Shown here one piece after another: positions 52,659-62,400 of a stretch of DNA of 64,000 nucleotides (position 1 is the stretch's first letter; the number at the start of each line of letters is the position of its first letter). A model generated the notes under the pieces. The model made no database searches. It was not told where the DNA came from and was given only the letters and a program-made list of their open reading frames with translations. Origin of the DNA: an uncultured delta proteobacterium. GTDB lineage: Bacteria > Myxococcota_A > Polyangia > Haliangiales > Haliangiaceae. The DNA lies in NCBI GenBank assembly GCA_963743525.1, contig CAVUQH010000004.1, positions 96,001-160,000 on the forward strand, in the 5' to 3' direction. Position numbers and translations under genes: made by a program.

Positions 52659-54256
52659 GCGCGGCGGCTCCGGGGCGAAGAGATGACGCGCTCGCGATCC
52701 CAGGTCGCGGAGGTGACTCCGCGCTGGCCGCGCGCCTTGAGCTCGTGCTTGGCCAGCTTGCCGGTGGAAGACCGCGGCAGCTCGGCGACGATCTCGACGT
52801 ATCGGGGAATCATGAAGCCGGGCAGCTGCGTCTCGCAGAACGCCGCGACCTCGGCGGGATCCAGCGGGCGGCCGGGCACCGCCACCACCGCCACGGCGAC
52901 GTCTTCGTCGCCCAGCTCCGACGGCACACCGAAGGCCGCCGACTCCAGCACTGCCGGGTGGGCGTTGATCGCCCGCTCCAGCTCGAACGCGGAGATGTTC
53001 TCGCCGCGGCGGCGAATCGCCTGTGAGATGCGCTCGACGAAATAGAAGTAGCCGTCCGCGTCGACGGTGACGCGATCGCCGGTGTGGAACCACAGGTTGC
53101 GAAAGGCCCGGGCGGTGGCCGCCGCGCAGCCGTAGTAGCCGGGGAACATCACCCACGGCTGGCGCGGCCGCACCACCAGCTCGCCCGGCCGTCCCGGGGG
53201 AAGCTCGCGGTCGTGCTCGTCGACCACCCGCGCCTCGTAGCGCTCGCCGTGGGCGCGCCCGCACGATCCGGTGCGCCACGCCCCGTAGGGGCTGGCCGTG
53301 CCGATGCCGATCTCGGTGCTGGTGTAGGTCTCCACCGTGTGCACGCCGAAGCGACGGTGGAACTCGCCGTCGAGCGCCGACTTGCCCATGTAGAAGCTGT
53401 CCAGCGGGTGGTCGTGGTCGTCGTCCCGCGGCGGCTGTTTGAGCAGGATCGGGATCATGGCGAAGACCCCCATCGCCACCTGGGCGCGAAAGCGACGGAC
53501 GTCGTCCCAGAAGCGCGATGCGCTGAAGCGCTCGACCACGGCGACGGCACCGTCGCCGATGAGCGCGGCCATGGTCGCGTCCCACAGCCCGGCGGCGTGG
53601 AACAGCGGCAACGGGCAGTAGATGGTCTTGCCCGCGCTGCCGATGAAGCGCAGCGAGTCGGCGGCGCAGGTCAGCGCCAGCGAGTGCGGGACGATCACGC
53701 CCTTCGACGGCCCGGTGGTCCCCGACGTGTACATGATCGCCTGGATGTCATCCGGCGCCAGCTGCGGCATCGGCGGATCGCCGTCGGTGCCGAGCAGGCG
53801 CGACAGCGGCACCGCGGGCACGCCGAGCGCGCCAATCGGTCCCGGACTGTCCATGCGCACCACCACCGACGCGAGGTTGGGCAAGACCAGGCCATCCACC
53901 CGTCCCACCAACCGTTCGTCGATGACCAGCGTGGTGCTGTCCGAGCTGTGCAGCACGTGACGCAACAGCTCGCCGCGATACTCGGTGTTGATCGGCACCA
54001 TCACCGCGCCGATGCGCGCCAGGGCAAAGGTGACGAACAGGAACTCGGGCCCGTTGGGCAGCATGACCGCGACGTGATCGCCCGGCCCCACGCCGTGCCG
54101 GTCGAAGCCACACGCCAGGCGGTCGGAGGCGGCCTTGATATCGCCCACCGAAAGCTCGCCGTCGCGGAGCTTGACCAGGGTCCGGCTGCGATTTCGCGCC
54201 GCCTCGGCGTCGAGGACGCGAGGCAACACGAGCTCATCAATTTGTAAGTTTTCCAT
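52655..54256 (-). CDS. ATP-dependent acyl-CoA ligase (CaiC-like)
   Basis: YTSGTTGPSKG, PLFH, YTSTE, WFHTGD, IRRRGENIS, LPRSSTGK; ATG 54256 with AGGGGG upstream. Confidence 0.92.
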   Translation of the reverse strand: MENLQIDELVLPRVLDAEAARNRSRTLVKLRDGELSVGDIKAASDRLACGFDRHGVGPGDHVAVMLPNGPEFLFVTFALARIGAVMVPINTEYRGELLRHVLHSSDSTTLVIDERLVGRVDGLVLPNLASVVVRMDSPGPIGALGVPAVPLSRLLGTDGDPPMPQLAPDDIQAIMYTSGTTGPSKGVIVPHSLALTCAADSLRFIGSAGKTIYCPLPLFHAAGLWDATMAALIGDGAVAVVERFSASRFWDDVRRFRAQVAMGVFAMIPILLKQPPRDDDHDHPLDSFYMGKSALDGEFHRRFGVHTVETYTSTEIGIGTASPYGAWRTGSCGRAHGERYEARVVDEHDRELPPGRPGELVVRPRQPWVMFPGYYGCAAATARAFRNLWFHTGDRVTVDADGYFYFVERISQAIRRRGENISAFELERAINAHPAVLESAAFGVPSELGDEDVAVAVVAVPGRPLDPAEVAAFCETQLPGFMIPRYVEIVAELPRSSTGKLAKHELKARGQRGVTSATWDRERVISSPRSRRA

Positions 54257-54337
54257 CCCCCTGACTCGCGTACGCAACCTACGGCCCAAACGCACCCCTT
54301 GCAATGTCACGAATCGGCGAGTATTTGTATGTTTCCG

Positions 54338-55123
54338 ATGGAGGCGCATGTGAACTGGGGAGGCTTTTTCCCCTGCGAGCCCGACTGGACGTGGGACACG
54401 GAGACCACGCCACTGCGCGACTTCGACCTGTGGGCGGTGTTCGAGGGCCGCGGCGAAATGAAGGCGCCAGGTGAAACCTTTCAGCTCGCGCCCGGTGATT
54501 GCCTGGTGCTCCGCCCGGGACAGCGCTACGTCTGCCACACCGACGCGCGCGAACGACTACTCGTACACGTCGTCCACTTCGACTTCGTCAATCGACGCGC
54601 GCGGCCGATCGTTCCCAGGGCACGGGAGCTGCCGCCGCTCCACCGTCCCCTGGTCAACGTCACCTTCTTTCGCGCCGTGACGACCCGCATCATCCGCCGC
54701 CACCTCGAGGGCCGCTCGGGCGACGCCGACGCATGGCTGCGCGCCGCGCTGCGCGAGCTGACCGAGGTCGATCGCGAGCGCGCTGCCCGCGGCTCCACCG
54801 ACCAGCGCGTCCAGCGCATCGAGCGGGTGTGCGCCGACATCGCCCGCGCACCGGAGCGCGCCTGGAGCGTCCGCGACCTGGCCCACGAATGCTTCGTCTC
54901 CGCCGATCACTTCACCCGTCTGTTCCGCCAGGTCCGCGGGGTGACACCGCGCGAGTTCATCCTTCGCCAGCGCATAGACGCCGCCAAACGGCTGCTCCTG
55001 GCGTCGAGCCACAGCGTCGGCCGGATCGCACAACTGACCGGATTCAGCGACATCTACCACTTCAGCCGCCAGTTCAAGGCGCACGCGGGCCGGTCACCGA
55101 CCCGCTTCCGCAAGGGCTCCTAG
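54338..55123 (+). CDS. AraC family transcriptional regulator
   Basis: N-terminal cupin domain; WSVRDLAHECFVSADHFTRLF and IAQLTGFSDIYHFSRQFK...SPTRFR; divergent from the ligase operon. Confidence 0.93.
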   Translation: MEAHVNWGGFFPCEPDWTWDTETTPLRDFDLWAVFEGRGEMKAPGETFQLAPGDCLVLRPGQRYVCHTDARERLLVHVVHFDFVNRRARPIVPRARELPPLHRPLVNVTFFRAVTTRIIRRHLEGRSGDADAWLRAALRELTEVDRERAARGSTDQRVQRIERVCADIARAPERAWSVRDLAHECFVSADHFTRLFRQVRGVTPREFILRQRIDAAKRLLLASSHSVGRIAQLTGFSDIYHFSRQFKAHAGRSPTRFRKGS

Positions 55124-55153
55124 CTCACACGTAGCTCACGCCTGGTCCCTCCC

Positions 55154-55408
55154 GTGTTGACGCGCCGTTCTCGCCATCCGTTTCGCGGCGAGGTCGGCAA
55201 AACCGTGATGGAGCGGATCCTCGACTCGGTCAAACAGAAGCCTCGCCCGGCGGCGATCCTCAACTCTCATCCGACGCTGCAAGCACCGCCCGACGGCAAC
55301 CTGTTCCGCCGCGACGACGTCTTCCGCTGTCAGGTCGAAGGCGACCGACAGACGCGCCACTTTCGCATCGGCTGGAACATCTGGACCGACGACCAGTGGC
55401 TCGACTGA
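55154..55408 (+). CDS. Small hypothetical protein or gene remnant
   Basis: 84-aa ORF filling the gap between the AraC and ferritin genes; no motif recognised. Confidence 0.3.
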   Translation: MLTRRSRHPFRGEVGKTVMERILDSVKQKPRPAAILNSHPTLQAPPDGNLFRRDDVFRCQVEGDRQTRHFRIGWNIWTDDQWLD

Positions 55409-55418
55409 CGGTGCGCTC

Positions 55419-56141
55419 TCACACCAGCGTTCGATCGCCGGGGAACAGATCGATCAGATCGTCGGCGTGTTCCTCCTCGACGCGGAGAATGTCCTCGAGC
55501 AGCCTCCGGGTGGTCGGATCGCGGTCACCGAGCCAGCGGATCAACGACGAGTAGGTCTCGATGGCGATCCGCTCCGCCACCAGGTTCTCGCGAACCATCT
55601 CCTCGAGCGCTGCCGGCTCGCGGAAGCGAGCGTGGCTGCGACCGGTCAGCTGGTCGGGGGCCAGCTCCGGCTCGCCGCCCAGCTGGGCGATGCGCGCCGC
55701 CAACCAGTCGGCATGCTCGAGCTCCTGATTGGAATGCTCGAGGAACTCCTGTGCGACCGCCGGCGCGTGGACGCCGCGCGAAGCGAAGTAGTGGCTTCGA
55801 TAGCGCAGCATGCACACGATCTCGGTGGCGAGCACCTCCTGGAGCGCGTCGATGACGGCCGTGCGGTCGGCCAGATAAGCGCCCGTGACCGCTCCGTCAC
55901 CGAGGTGATCGCGCGCGCTTCGCTCGACCGCCGTGCGATCGATGGCAAAGCGATCAGTGGCTCGTGCGGGCTCCCGCCCCAGTGTCCAGGCCGGCGGATC
56001 GCTGGCGGGGAACGACTCGCGCTCCGCCTCCTCGACGGGGTCAACCGAGTCGCCGGCGGCCGCGGCGCTGCTGCGCCGCCGGTCGCGGGAGTAGTTTCTC
56101 GAGCGTGGTTGTGTGGCTGCCGGGTTCTCCGCTTTCTCCAT
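55419..56141 (-). CDS. Ferritin-like (bacterioferritin/Dps-related) protein with N-terminal extension
   Basis: GAVT..Y, LATEIVCMLRY, ELEHAD, RIAQLGGEP, NLVAERIAIETY, EEEHADDL di-iron motifs; GGAGGA upstream. Confidence 0.88.
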   Translation of the reverse strand: MEKAENPAATQPRSRNYSRDRRRSSAAAAGDSVDPVEEAERESFPASDPPAWTLGREPARATDRFAIDRTAVERSARDHLGDGAVTGAYLADRTAVIDALQEVLATEIVCMLRYRSHYFASRGVHAPAVAQEFLEHSNQELEHADWLAARIAQLGGEPELAPDQLTGRSHARFREPAALEEMVRENLVAERIAIETYSSLIRWLGDRDPTTRRLLEDILRVEEEHADDLIDLFPGDRTLV

Positions 56142-56182
56142 CGGTCTTCTCCGTCCTCCGGGTTGGAGGTCACAGAGAGGAA

Positions 56183-56198
56183 TGCAACCGATGTGCCG
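56183..56198 (-). promoter_or_regulatory. sigma54 -24/-12 motif upstream of the ferritin-like gene
   Basis: CGGCACATCGGTTGCA about 43 nt upstream of the ATG. Confidence 0.7.
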
Positions 56199-56219
56199 AA
56201 CCGTCGCCCCGCCGCAGCG

Positions 56220-56855
56220 TCAGCCGGCGCTGTGGGTGGCGGTCGCCCGCGGGATGCCGCCGTGCGCGCCGGGGTCAGCCGCCTCGAACGAGAACGGCGG
56301 ATACGGCTCCACCAGCGACGCCTGATAGGCGAGCAGGCGTACGGCCCACCGCTGCATGCCGGTGAGGAAGGCGTGCGTATGCTCGCCGACGCGCTCGTTG
56401 AGCAGCACCGAGATGGCAGCCCACAGCCACACGAACCAGGCGATGAAACCGAGCAGGCCGAGGACCAGCGCGCTGGGGATGCCGAAGATCAGCCGCGCCA
56501 GCGCCGATCCAGGCGTGGGATTGCCCGACGGCTCGATGTCGACCGTCACCGTCTGCTCGGGCGACGACGGCACGCGCTCGGTAACCAGCCCGAACCAGCT
56601 GGTGATGGCGGCGTACCAGCGGAGAGCCCGAGCCAGGCGCTCTCCGTCGCGTTCCAGATAGGCCTCGGCGCCGCCGGTGCCCGCCAGCCGCGCAGCGGCG
56701 TATGCCGGCAGCCCGATGAAGGCAGCGAAGAAGACCGTCCCCAGGGACAGCCCGAACAATCCGAGCACCATGAACGCGATCAGGCGAACGATCAGCTGAA
56801 CCCGCGTGTACTGCTCCGGCCTGACGGCGGTGAAGCGAACTGGATAGCTGTTCAT
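56220..56855 (-). CDS. DUF4389-like membrane protein
   Basis: SYPVRF N-terminus; two hydrophobic repeats ending RWAVRLLAYQASLVEPYPPF; GGGAGGT upstream. Confidence 0.75.
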   Translation of the reverse strand: MNSYPVRFTAVRPEQYTRVQLIVRLIAFMVLGLFGLSLGTVFFAAFIGLPAYAAARLAGTGGAEAYLERDGERLARALRWYAAITSWFGLVTERVPSSPEQTVTVDIEPSGNPTPGSALARLIFGIPSALVLGLLGFIAWFVWLWAAISVLLNERVGEHTHAFLTGMQRWAVRLLAYQASLVEPYPPFSFEAADPGAHGGIPRATATHSAG

Positions 56856-56898
56856 CTCGCACCTCCCGTGACCGGGTCGGTCACCGGCCGCTTAGCGT

Positions 56899-56914
56899 TG
56901 CAAACCGGGTGCCG
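56899..56914 (-). promoter_or_regulatory. sigma54 -24/-12 motif upstream of the DUF4389-like gene
   Basis: CGGCACCCGGTTTGCA about 45 nt upstream of the ATG. Confidence 0.7.
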
Positions 56915-57034
56915 GCGGCAGAGGCGGATTTTGCTGCCAAACCGCGAATCGCGTGCCACTTGGCGCGTCGGCCCGGCAACTCGTTCGCGATGTGGAGGCG
57001 CGCCCCGGGTGAGGCAAATTGCCTCCCCGTGGGG

Positions 57035-58083
57035 TCAGGGTTTTCTCGCCACGAACCGGACCATCGACTGCTTCTTCCTGCCCCAGTCGGCCACGTCGTC
57101 GACCACCTCGTGGCGAATGATCTTCCAGCCGGAAAACTGTTTGGCCAGCTCCCCGGTGGCGAATCCCCCATCGTAGGGATCCTCCGGGTCGTCGTGGAAG
57201 AACTCGACGACGATCATCCCGCCCGGCTTGATCGCCTTCTTGAGCCGCGCGATCCAGTCCTTCGAGGTGCCGGCATAGAGCATCGTGGCCAGATCCCAGC
57301 GGTCGGTACCGAAATCGTACTTGTCTATGTCGGCGTTGACCGCGTTCAAGGTCAAGCCCCTTGCCGCCGCATCCTTGCGAGCCTCGGCGAGGCCGACGTC
57401 GGAGATATCGACGCCCGTCACCTTCCAACCCTTCGACGCCAGGTACAGCGCGTTGCGCCCCTGCCCCATCGCCAGCACCAACGCGGCCCCCGGTTTCACC
57501 CCCTTGACCGTGTCAACCAGGAGCCTGGTGGGCTTCTTGGAGAAGCTGTTGCCGTTGCGGAAGGCCGCGTTCCAGGTCTCGCGCTTGGCCGAGATTCCGC
57601 CGAGCTGCCACTGCCACAGCGCCACCTTCCACGCGCCGTCGACCGGCACCATCACGACGGCGTTCCACCCCGGGCCAGTCCGACGGACTCGTCGCCGTCG
57701 GCCGCGGGCACGTGCTCGGTACAGTCGCTGGTGTAGACGACCGCGCCGTCGCCGGAGTAGACCTTCTCGTCCTTGCAGTCGCGGGTGACCGGCGGCCGGC
57801 CGGGCTGCCACTGTTTCGACATGGTGGCGAGGTCGCGTGCCGAGCCGTCCTGGTAGAGGACGAAGCCGGAGGTCACCAGCGGGCGCAGTGCGCCGGCGTC
57901 GCGATGGTCGAACGCGTCGAAGAAGGCGTGCGCGTGGGCAATCGCCGCGGCGTCGTCGAGCGTCGCCGGCGGTGCAGGTGTGGGTGCGGGCGCCGATGTC
58001 GGCGTCGGCGCGGCCGGCGGCGGTGCGGCGGCCGGTTTGGGAGCACACGCAGCGACGAGCGAGACCAGGGCAATCCAGCGCAT
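57035..58083 (-). CDS. Lipoprotein: NTF2/SnoaL-like domain fused to class I SAM methyltransferase, frameshifted at ~57675
   Basis: MRWIALVSLVAAC; AFFDAFDHRDAGALRPLVTSGF...GAWKVALWQ (NTF2-like, split across two frames); LAMGQGRNALYLA, VTGVDIS, IKPGG. Confidence 0.75.
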
Positions 58084-58173
58084 GCCGACGCGATAACACT
58101 CCTCGGCGCGGGCCACAACGTCAACCCCGGTACAGGGCTCCCGCTGGCTGTCGGAGGGACGTGATACCAGGAC

Positions 58174-60045
58174 ATGATGCCGTCTCCAGCCACGCGTTCG
58201 GCCGATGCCCGCCAGGTGCTGCGCGAGGTGTTCGGCTTCGACGACTTCCGCGGCGGCCAGTCCCAGGCGGTCGACGCGGTGGTCAGCGGACGCGACACCG
58301 TGGTGCTGCTGCCCACCGGCGCCGGCAAGTCGCTCTGCTACCAGGTCCCGGCGCTGGTCGCCAGTCGCCGCGGGCGTGGCACCACCCTCGTGGTCTCACC
58401 GCTGATCGCGCTCATGCAGGACCAGGTCAGCGCCTTGCGCGGACGCGGCGTGGTCGCCGCGGCGCTGAACAGCCACCAGGACGAGCTCGAACAGCGCGCC
58501 GTGGTCGGCGAGCTGCTCCGCGGCGAGCTGGAGCTGTTGTACGTGTCGCCCGAGCGGGCGGCGCTGCCCAGCTTCAAGCGCATGCTCGGGCGGGTGCGCA
58601 TCGCCCTGTTGGCGGTGGACGAGGCCCACTGCCTCAGCCAGTGGGGACACGACTTCCGCCCCGAGTACCTGCGCCTCGACGAGCTGCGCGAGGTGGTCGA
58701 CGTCCCGGTGGTGGCGCTGACTGCCACCGCCACGCCGCGGGTCATGGACGAGATCGTGGCGCGCCTGCGCCTGCGCGAACCGGTGCTGGTGCGCGGCGAC
58801 TTCAGCCGCCCCAACCTGCACTTTGCCGTCCGCCACGCCGCCACCGACGCCGCCCGCCTGACCGCCACCATCGACGCGCTCGAAGCCGCCGGTCTGCGCG
58901 GGCGAACTGGCAGCGGCCGGGCCATCGTCTACTGCAGCACGCGCAAGAAGACCGAGACCGTGGCCAAAGCGCTGAGCAACGCCGGCTTTGCCGCCGCCCA
59001 CTACCACGCCGGTCGCACGGCGCTGGCGCGAGAACGCGCGCAGCGGGGATTCGAAACCGGGCGCAGCCGGGTGCTGGTGGCCACCAATGCCTTCGGCATG
59101 GGCATCGACATCCCCGACGTTCGCGTCATCGTTCACTTCCAGACGCCCGGCAGCCTCGAGGCCTACTATCAGGAGGCGGGGCGCGCGGGGCGCGATGGCA
59201 TGCCGTCCGATTGCCTGATGCTGTTCGGCCGCTCCGACATGATGACCCAGCGCCGGCTGCAGCAGTCGAGCAAGTCCAGCCTGGCTATCGAGACGCGCCA
59301 GCGGGAGGCGCTGGAGGCGGTCGAACGCTATGCCCACCAGCTCGAGTGCCGGCAGCGCGTGCTGTGCGCGCACTTCACCGGCACCGACGAACAACCGGAG
59401 TGCGGCCTGTGCGACGTGTGCAGCGATGCCGACGCGGTCACCACCCAGCTGGAGCAGCAAAGTCGCCCCGCGATCGAAATCACGCCGCTGTCCCCGGAAG
59501 CGTTGGAGCTGATCGTGCAGGCGGTCAACCACCTGCGGAAGCCGGTGGGCAAGAGCAACCTGGCGCGGGCGTTGCGCGGCAGCCGAGCGCGCGCGCTTTC
59601 GCGCGGTGGGCTGCTAACCCTGCCCGAGCACGGCGCGCTGCACGACTACGACGAAGCATCGATCGCGGCCGCCATCGACAACCTGCTCGGCTGCGGTCGC
59701 CTGGCCCGCAAGGGCCGCAAGTACCCCACGGTGTGGATGCCCGACAAGCCGGTCCGCGGCGAGCGCTCCGCCAGCGCGACCAGTCGCGAGCGCTCCCGGC
59801 CGCGGCGTCCACGCAACAGTGATCTGGCGCGCGCGCTGGACAACTACCGCAAGCGCAAAGGCCGGGCGTTGAAGTGGAAGGCCTACATGGTGTTCCAGCG
59901 GCGCGTCATTCTTGCGATCGATCGACAGCGACCACGCACTTATGACGACCTCGCCCGCATTCCGGGCCTGGGGCCCGCCAAGATCGAGCGCTTCGGCGAC
60001 GACCTCCTCGCGCTGGTTCGCGAGCATCCGGCTCGAGACGAATAG
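58174..60045 (+). CDS. recQ: RecQ ATP-dependent DNA helicase
   Basis: [53 protein letters not shown], Zn-binding CR...CGLCDVC, RQC and HRDC regions. Confidence 0.95.
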   Translation: MMPSPATRSADARQVLREVFGFDDFRGGQSQAVDAVVSGRDTVVLLPTGAGKSLCYQVPALVASRRGRGTTLVVSPLIALMQDQVSALRGRGVVAAALNSHQDELEQRAVVGELLRGELELLYVSPERAALPSFKRMLGRVRIALLAVDEAHCLSQWGHDFRPEYLRLDELREVVDVPVVALTATATPRVMDEIVARLRLREPVLVRGDFSRPNLHFAVRHAATDAARLTATIDALEAAGLRGRTGSGRAIVYCSTRKKTETVAKALSNAGFAAAHYHAGRTALARERAQRGFETGRSRVLVATNAFGMGIDIPDVRVIVHFQTPGSLEAYYQEAGRAGRDGMPSDCLMLFGRSDMMTQRRLQQSSKSSLAIETRQREALEAVERYAHQLECRQRVLCAHFTGTDEQPECGLCDVCSDADAVTTQLEQQSRPAIEITPLSPEALELIVQAVNHLRKPVGKSNLARALRGSRARALSRGGLLTLPEHGALHDYDEASIAAAIDNLLGCGRLARKGRKYPTVWMPDKPVRGERSASATSRERSRPRRPRNSDLARALDNYRKRKGRALKWKAYMVFQRRVILAIDRQRPRTYDDLARIPGLGPAKIERFGDDLLALVREHPARDE

Positions 60046-60189
60046 CCCGAGAACCCGGGAAAAAATTCGAGACACGCGGTGGATTCCACTCGCCGCGGCG
60101 GCCGGCGTGCGGCGGGAACGGCCCGATCGCAACTCGCATCGGCCGCGGGTCCTCGCAGCTTGTCGTCGCTGTCGGCCATTCGTGCATTC

Positions 60190-60205
60190 CGGCTCACCAC
60201 TTGCA
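60190..60205 (+). promoter_or_regulatory. Possible sigma54 -24/-12 motif upstream of the kinase gene
   Basis: CGGCTCACCACTTGCA, followed by GGAGGG and TTG 60240. Confidence 0.45.
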
Positions 60206-60239
60206 AGTGGGTGACAACAGGGATCGGCGGAGGGTCGTC

Positions 60240-61205
60240 TTGGATCGTCAATTGAAATTGCGCAACTGCATCGCATCGGGTGGCTGTGGCCAGGTCTTCC
60301 TGGCGCGCCAGGAGCACCTCGATCGCGACGTGGCGGTCAAGATCTTGCGGCCCGAGCTGGCCGACGATCCCGAGTCGCTGGCGCGCTTCCACCGCGAGGC
60401 GCGCGCCGCAGGGCGTATCCGCAGCCCCCACGTCATCTCGGTGTTCGACCTGGGTGTGACGCCATCGGGGCTGACCTACCTGGTCATGGAATACGTCCCC
60501 GGCGAGCCGCTCACCGAGCTGATCGCCCGAGAGGGACCGCTTCCGCTCGGACGTGCAGTACATCTGATCGCCCAGGCTTTGCGCGGGCTGTCCGCGGCCC
60601 ACGACGCCGGCGTCGTCCACGCCGACATGACCTCGGGCAACTGCCTGGTGCAGCGCTCCGTAGATGGCGAGGAGCACCTCACGGTGATCGACTTCGGTAT
60701 CGCGCGCCTGATGGAGGAGCCGGTCCCGCAGAACCTGGTTTGTGGGACACCGGAGTACATCGCGCCCGAGGTCGTCCTGGGCAACCCGCCGGACGAGCGC
60801 GCCGATGTCTACGGTGCGGGCGCCGTGCTGTACGAGCTGATCACCGGCACCCCGCCGTTCTCCGGCCAGAGTCCGATCGACATCGCCACCCGACAGGTGC
60901 ACGAAGAGATCGAGCCGCTGCGGGATCGGCGACCCGACATGGAAATCCCGCGCGAGCTCGAAGGGATCTTGCTTCGCGCGTTGGCCAAGTCACCCGACGA
61001 TCGCTACGCCAGCGCGGAGGCGTTCCGGGTTGCACTCGAACGCGCCGTACCGGCTTCCTCCCAGCGCTTCCCACGCACTCCGTCGCCCGTGCTGACCACT
61101 GCGGTCACCGCCAGCTGGGAGGTCTCGGATGTGAGACCTGTCCCAGTCACGCCTGCGGTACAGACTACGCGAAGGCTGCAAAAACGGGCGCTGGTGGTAG
61201 GATGA
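60240..61205 (+). CDS. Cytoplasmic Ser/Thr kinase-like protein with atypical catalytic loop
   Basis: IASGGCGQV, VAVK, HADMTSGN, DFG, GTPEYIAPE, DVYGAG. Start TTG 60240 (SD) or 60201. Confidence 0.85.
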   Translation: MDRQLKLRNCIASGGCGQVFLARQEHLDRDVAVKILRPELADDPESLARFHREARAAGRIRSPHVISVFDLGVTPSGLTYLVMEYVPGEPLTELIAREGPLPLGRAVHLIAQALRGLSAAHDAGVVHADMTSGNCLVQRSVDGEEHLTVIDFGIARLMEEPVPQNLVCGTPEYIAPEVVLGNPPDERADVYGAGAVLYELITGTPPFSGQSPIDIATRQVHEEIEPLRDRRPDMEIPRELEGILLRALAKSPDDRYASAEAFRVALERAVPASSQRFPRTPSPVLTTAVTASWEVSDVRPVPVTPAVQTTRRLQKRALVVG

Positions 61206-62362
61206 CGGAAGTGCACTCGACGCTCCCCTGCGCCAGTATTCTCGTGACCGCGTTCGCCGCCGGAGGCTGTTTCTCCGGGACGCCTGCCAACAAGGCGGAC
61301 GCCGGTAACAACCAAAGTTCGGATGCGTCAACCAGCATCGACGCCGGACCGACGACGGACGCGGGGCCGCCACCGGACGCGCCACCGCTGGGCGACGGCG
61401 TGTCGACGCTGGTCGGCGGCGCCGAGCCGGGAACCAACGACGGCGCCCGCAACGTGGCCCGCTTCAGCAACCCGGTCAACATCGCCATCGGAACCGACGA
61501 CATGCTCTACGTCGCCGACTTCGACAACAGCCTGCTCCGCCGGATCACCCCCGAGGGAACCGTCAGCACCATCATCGACATCGCCAACACGTTCCAGCGG
61601 CCGTTCGGGCTGGCCTTCGCCACCGACGGAACCCTGTACGTGGAGACCGACAACAACGACTCCGGTGCCCACTCGGCCACGACCGGCACCATCTGGAAGG
61701 TCAACACCACCGCCAAGACCGCCACTGTCGTCGTCCGCAACGTCGGCCGTCCGCGCGGGCTGGCGGTACTGGCCGGCGGCAACGTCGTGCTGTCGGACAT
61801 GAACCAGCAGACCATCCGCCTGCTCGATCCCGGCACGGGCGACCTGACCGTGCTGGCCGGCGCCACCGACCAGGCAGGCTTCGCCGACGGCGCGGGCGCC
61901 ACGGCACGGTTCAACCAACCGTACGACGTGGTCGTCACCCAGGCAGGTGACCTGCTCGTCGCCGACTACGGCAATCACTGCATCCGCAAGGTCCTGTCGG
62001 ACGGCACCACCAGCACCTACGCCGGCAGCTGCGGCACCTCCGGCTACGCCGACGGCAGCTCGACCGATGCTCGCTTCAACAACCCGCAGGGACTGGCCAT
62101 CGACAGCGCCGGCAACCTGTACGTGACCGACACCGGCAACTACCGCATCCGCGAGGTCGCTTCCGACGGCACGGTCAGCACCGTGGCCGGCGACGGCACC
62201 GCCGGCTTCCTCGACCATACCGACCCGACCATGGCCGAGTTCTACGGAATGGAGGGGCAGGACGTCACCGCTGACGGCACCTACCTCTACGTGGCCGACG
62301 GCAACCGCGGCGACGGCAGTCAGCACAACCGCCTGCGCCGGGTCACGCTGACCGCGCCCTGA
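61202..62362 (+). CDS. NHL-repeat beta-propeller lipoprotein
   Basis: AAGGC; repeated ARFSNP/ARFNQP/ARFNNPQGLAID...LYVAD/LYVTD units. Confidence 0.88.
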   Translation: MTEVHSTLPCASILVTAFAAGGCFSGTPANKADAGNNQSSDASTSIDAGPTTDAGPPPDAPPLGDGVSTLVGGAEPGTNDGARNVARFSNPVNIAIGTDDMLYVADFDNSLLRRITPEGTVSTIIDIANTFQRPFGLAFATDGTLYVETDNNDSGAHSATTGTIWKVNTTAKTATVVVRNVGRPRGLAVLAGGNVVLSDMNQQTIRLLDPGTGDLTVLAGATDQAGFADGAGATARFNQPYDVVVTQAGDLLVADYGNHCIRKVLSDGTTSTYAGSCGTSGYADGSSTDARFNNPQGLAIDSAGNLYVTDTGNYRIREVASDGTVSTVAGDGTAGFLDHTDPTMAEFYGMEGQDVTADGTYLYVADGNRGDGSQHNRLRRVTLTAP

Positions 62363-62400
62363 GCTCTGCGCGCGGGCGCGTCTGGGGGTAGGATGCGCCC

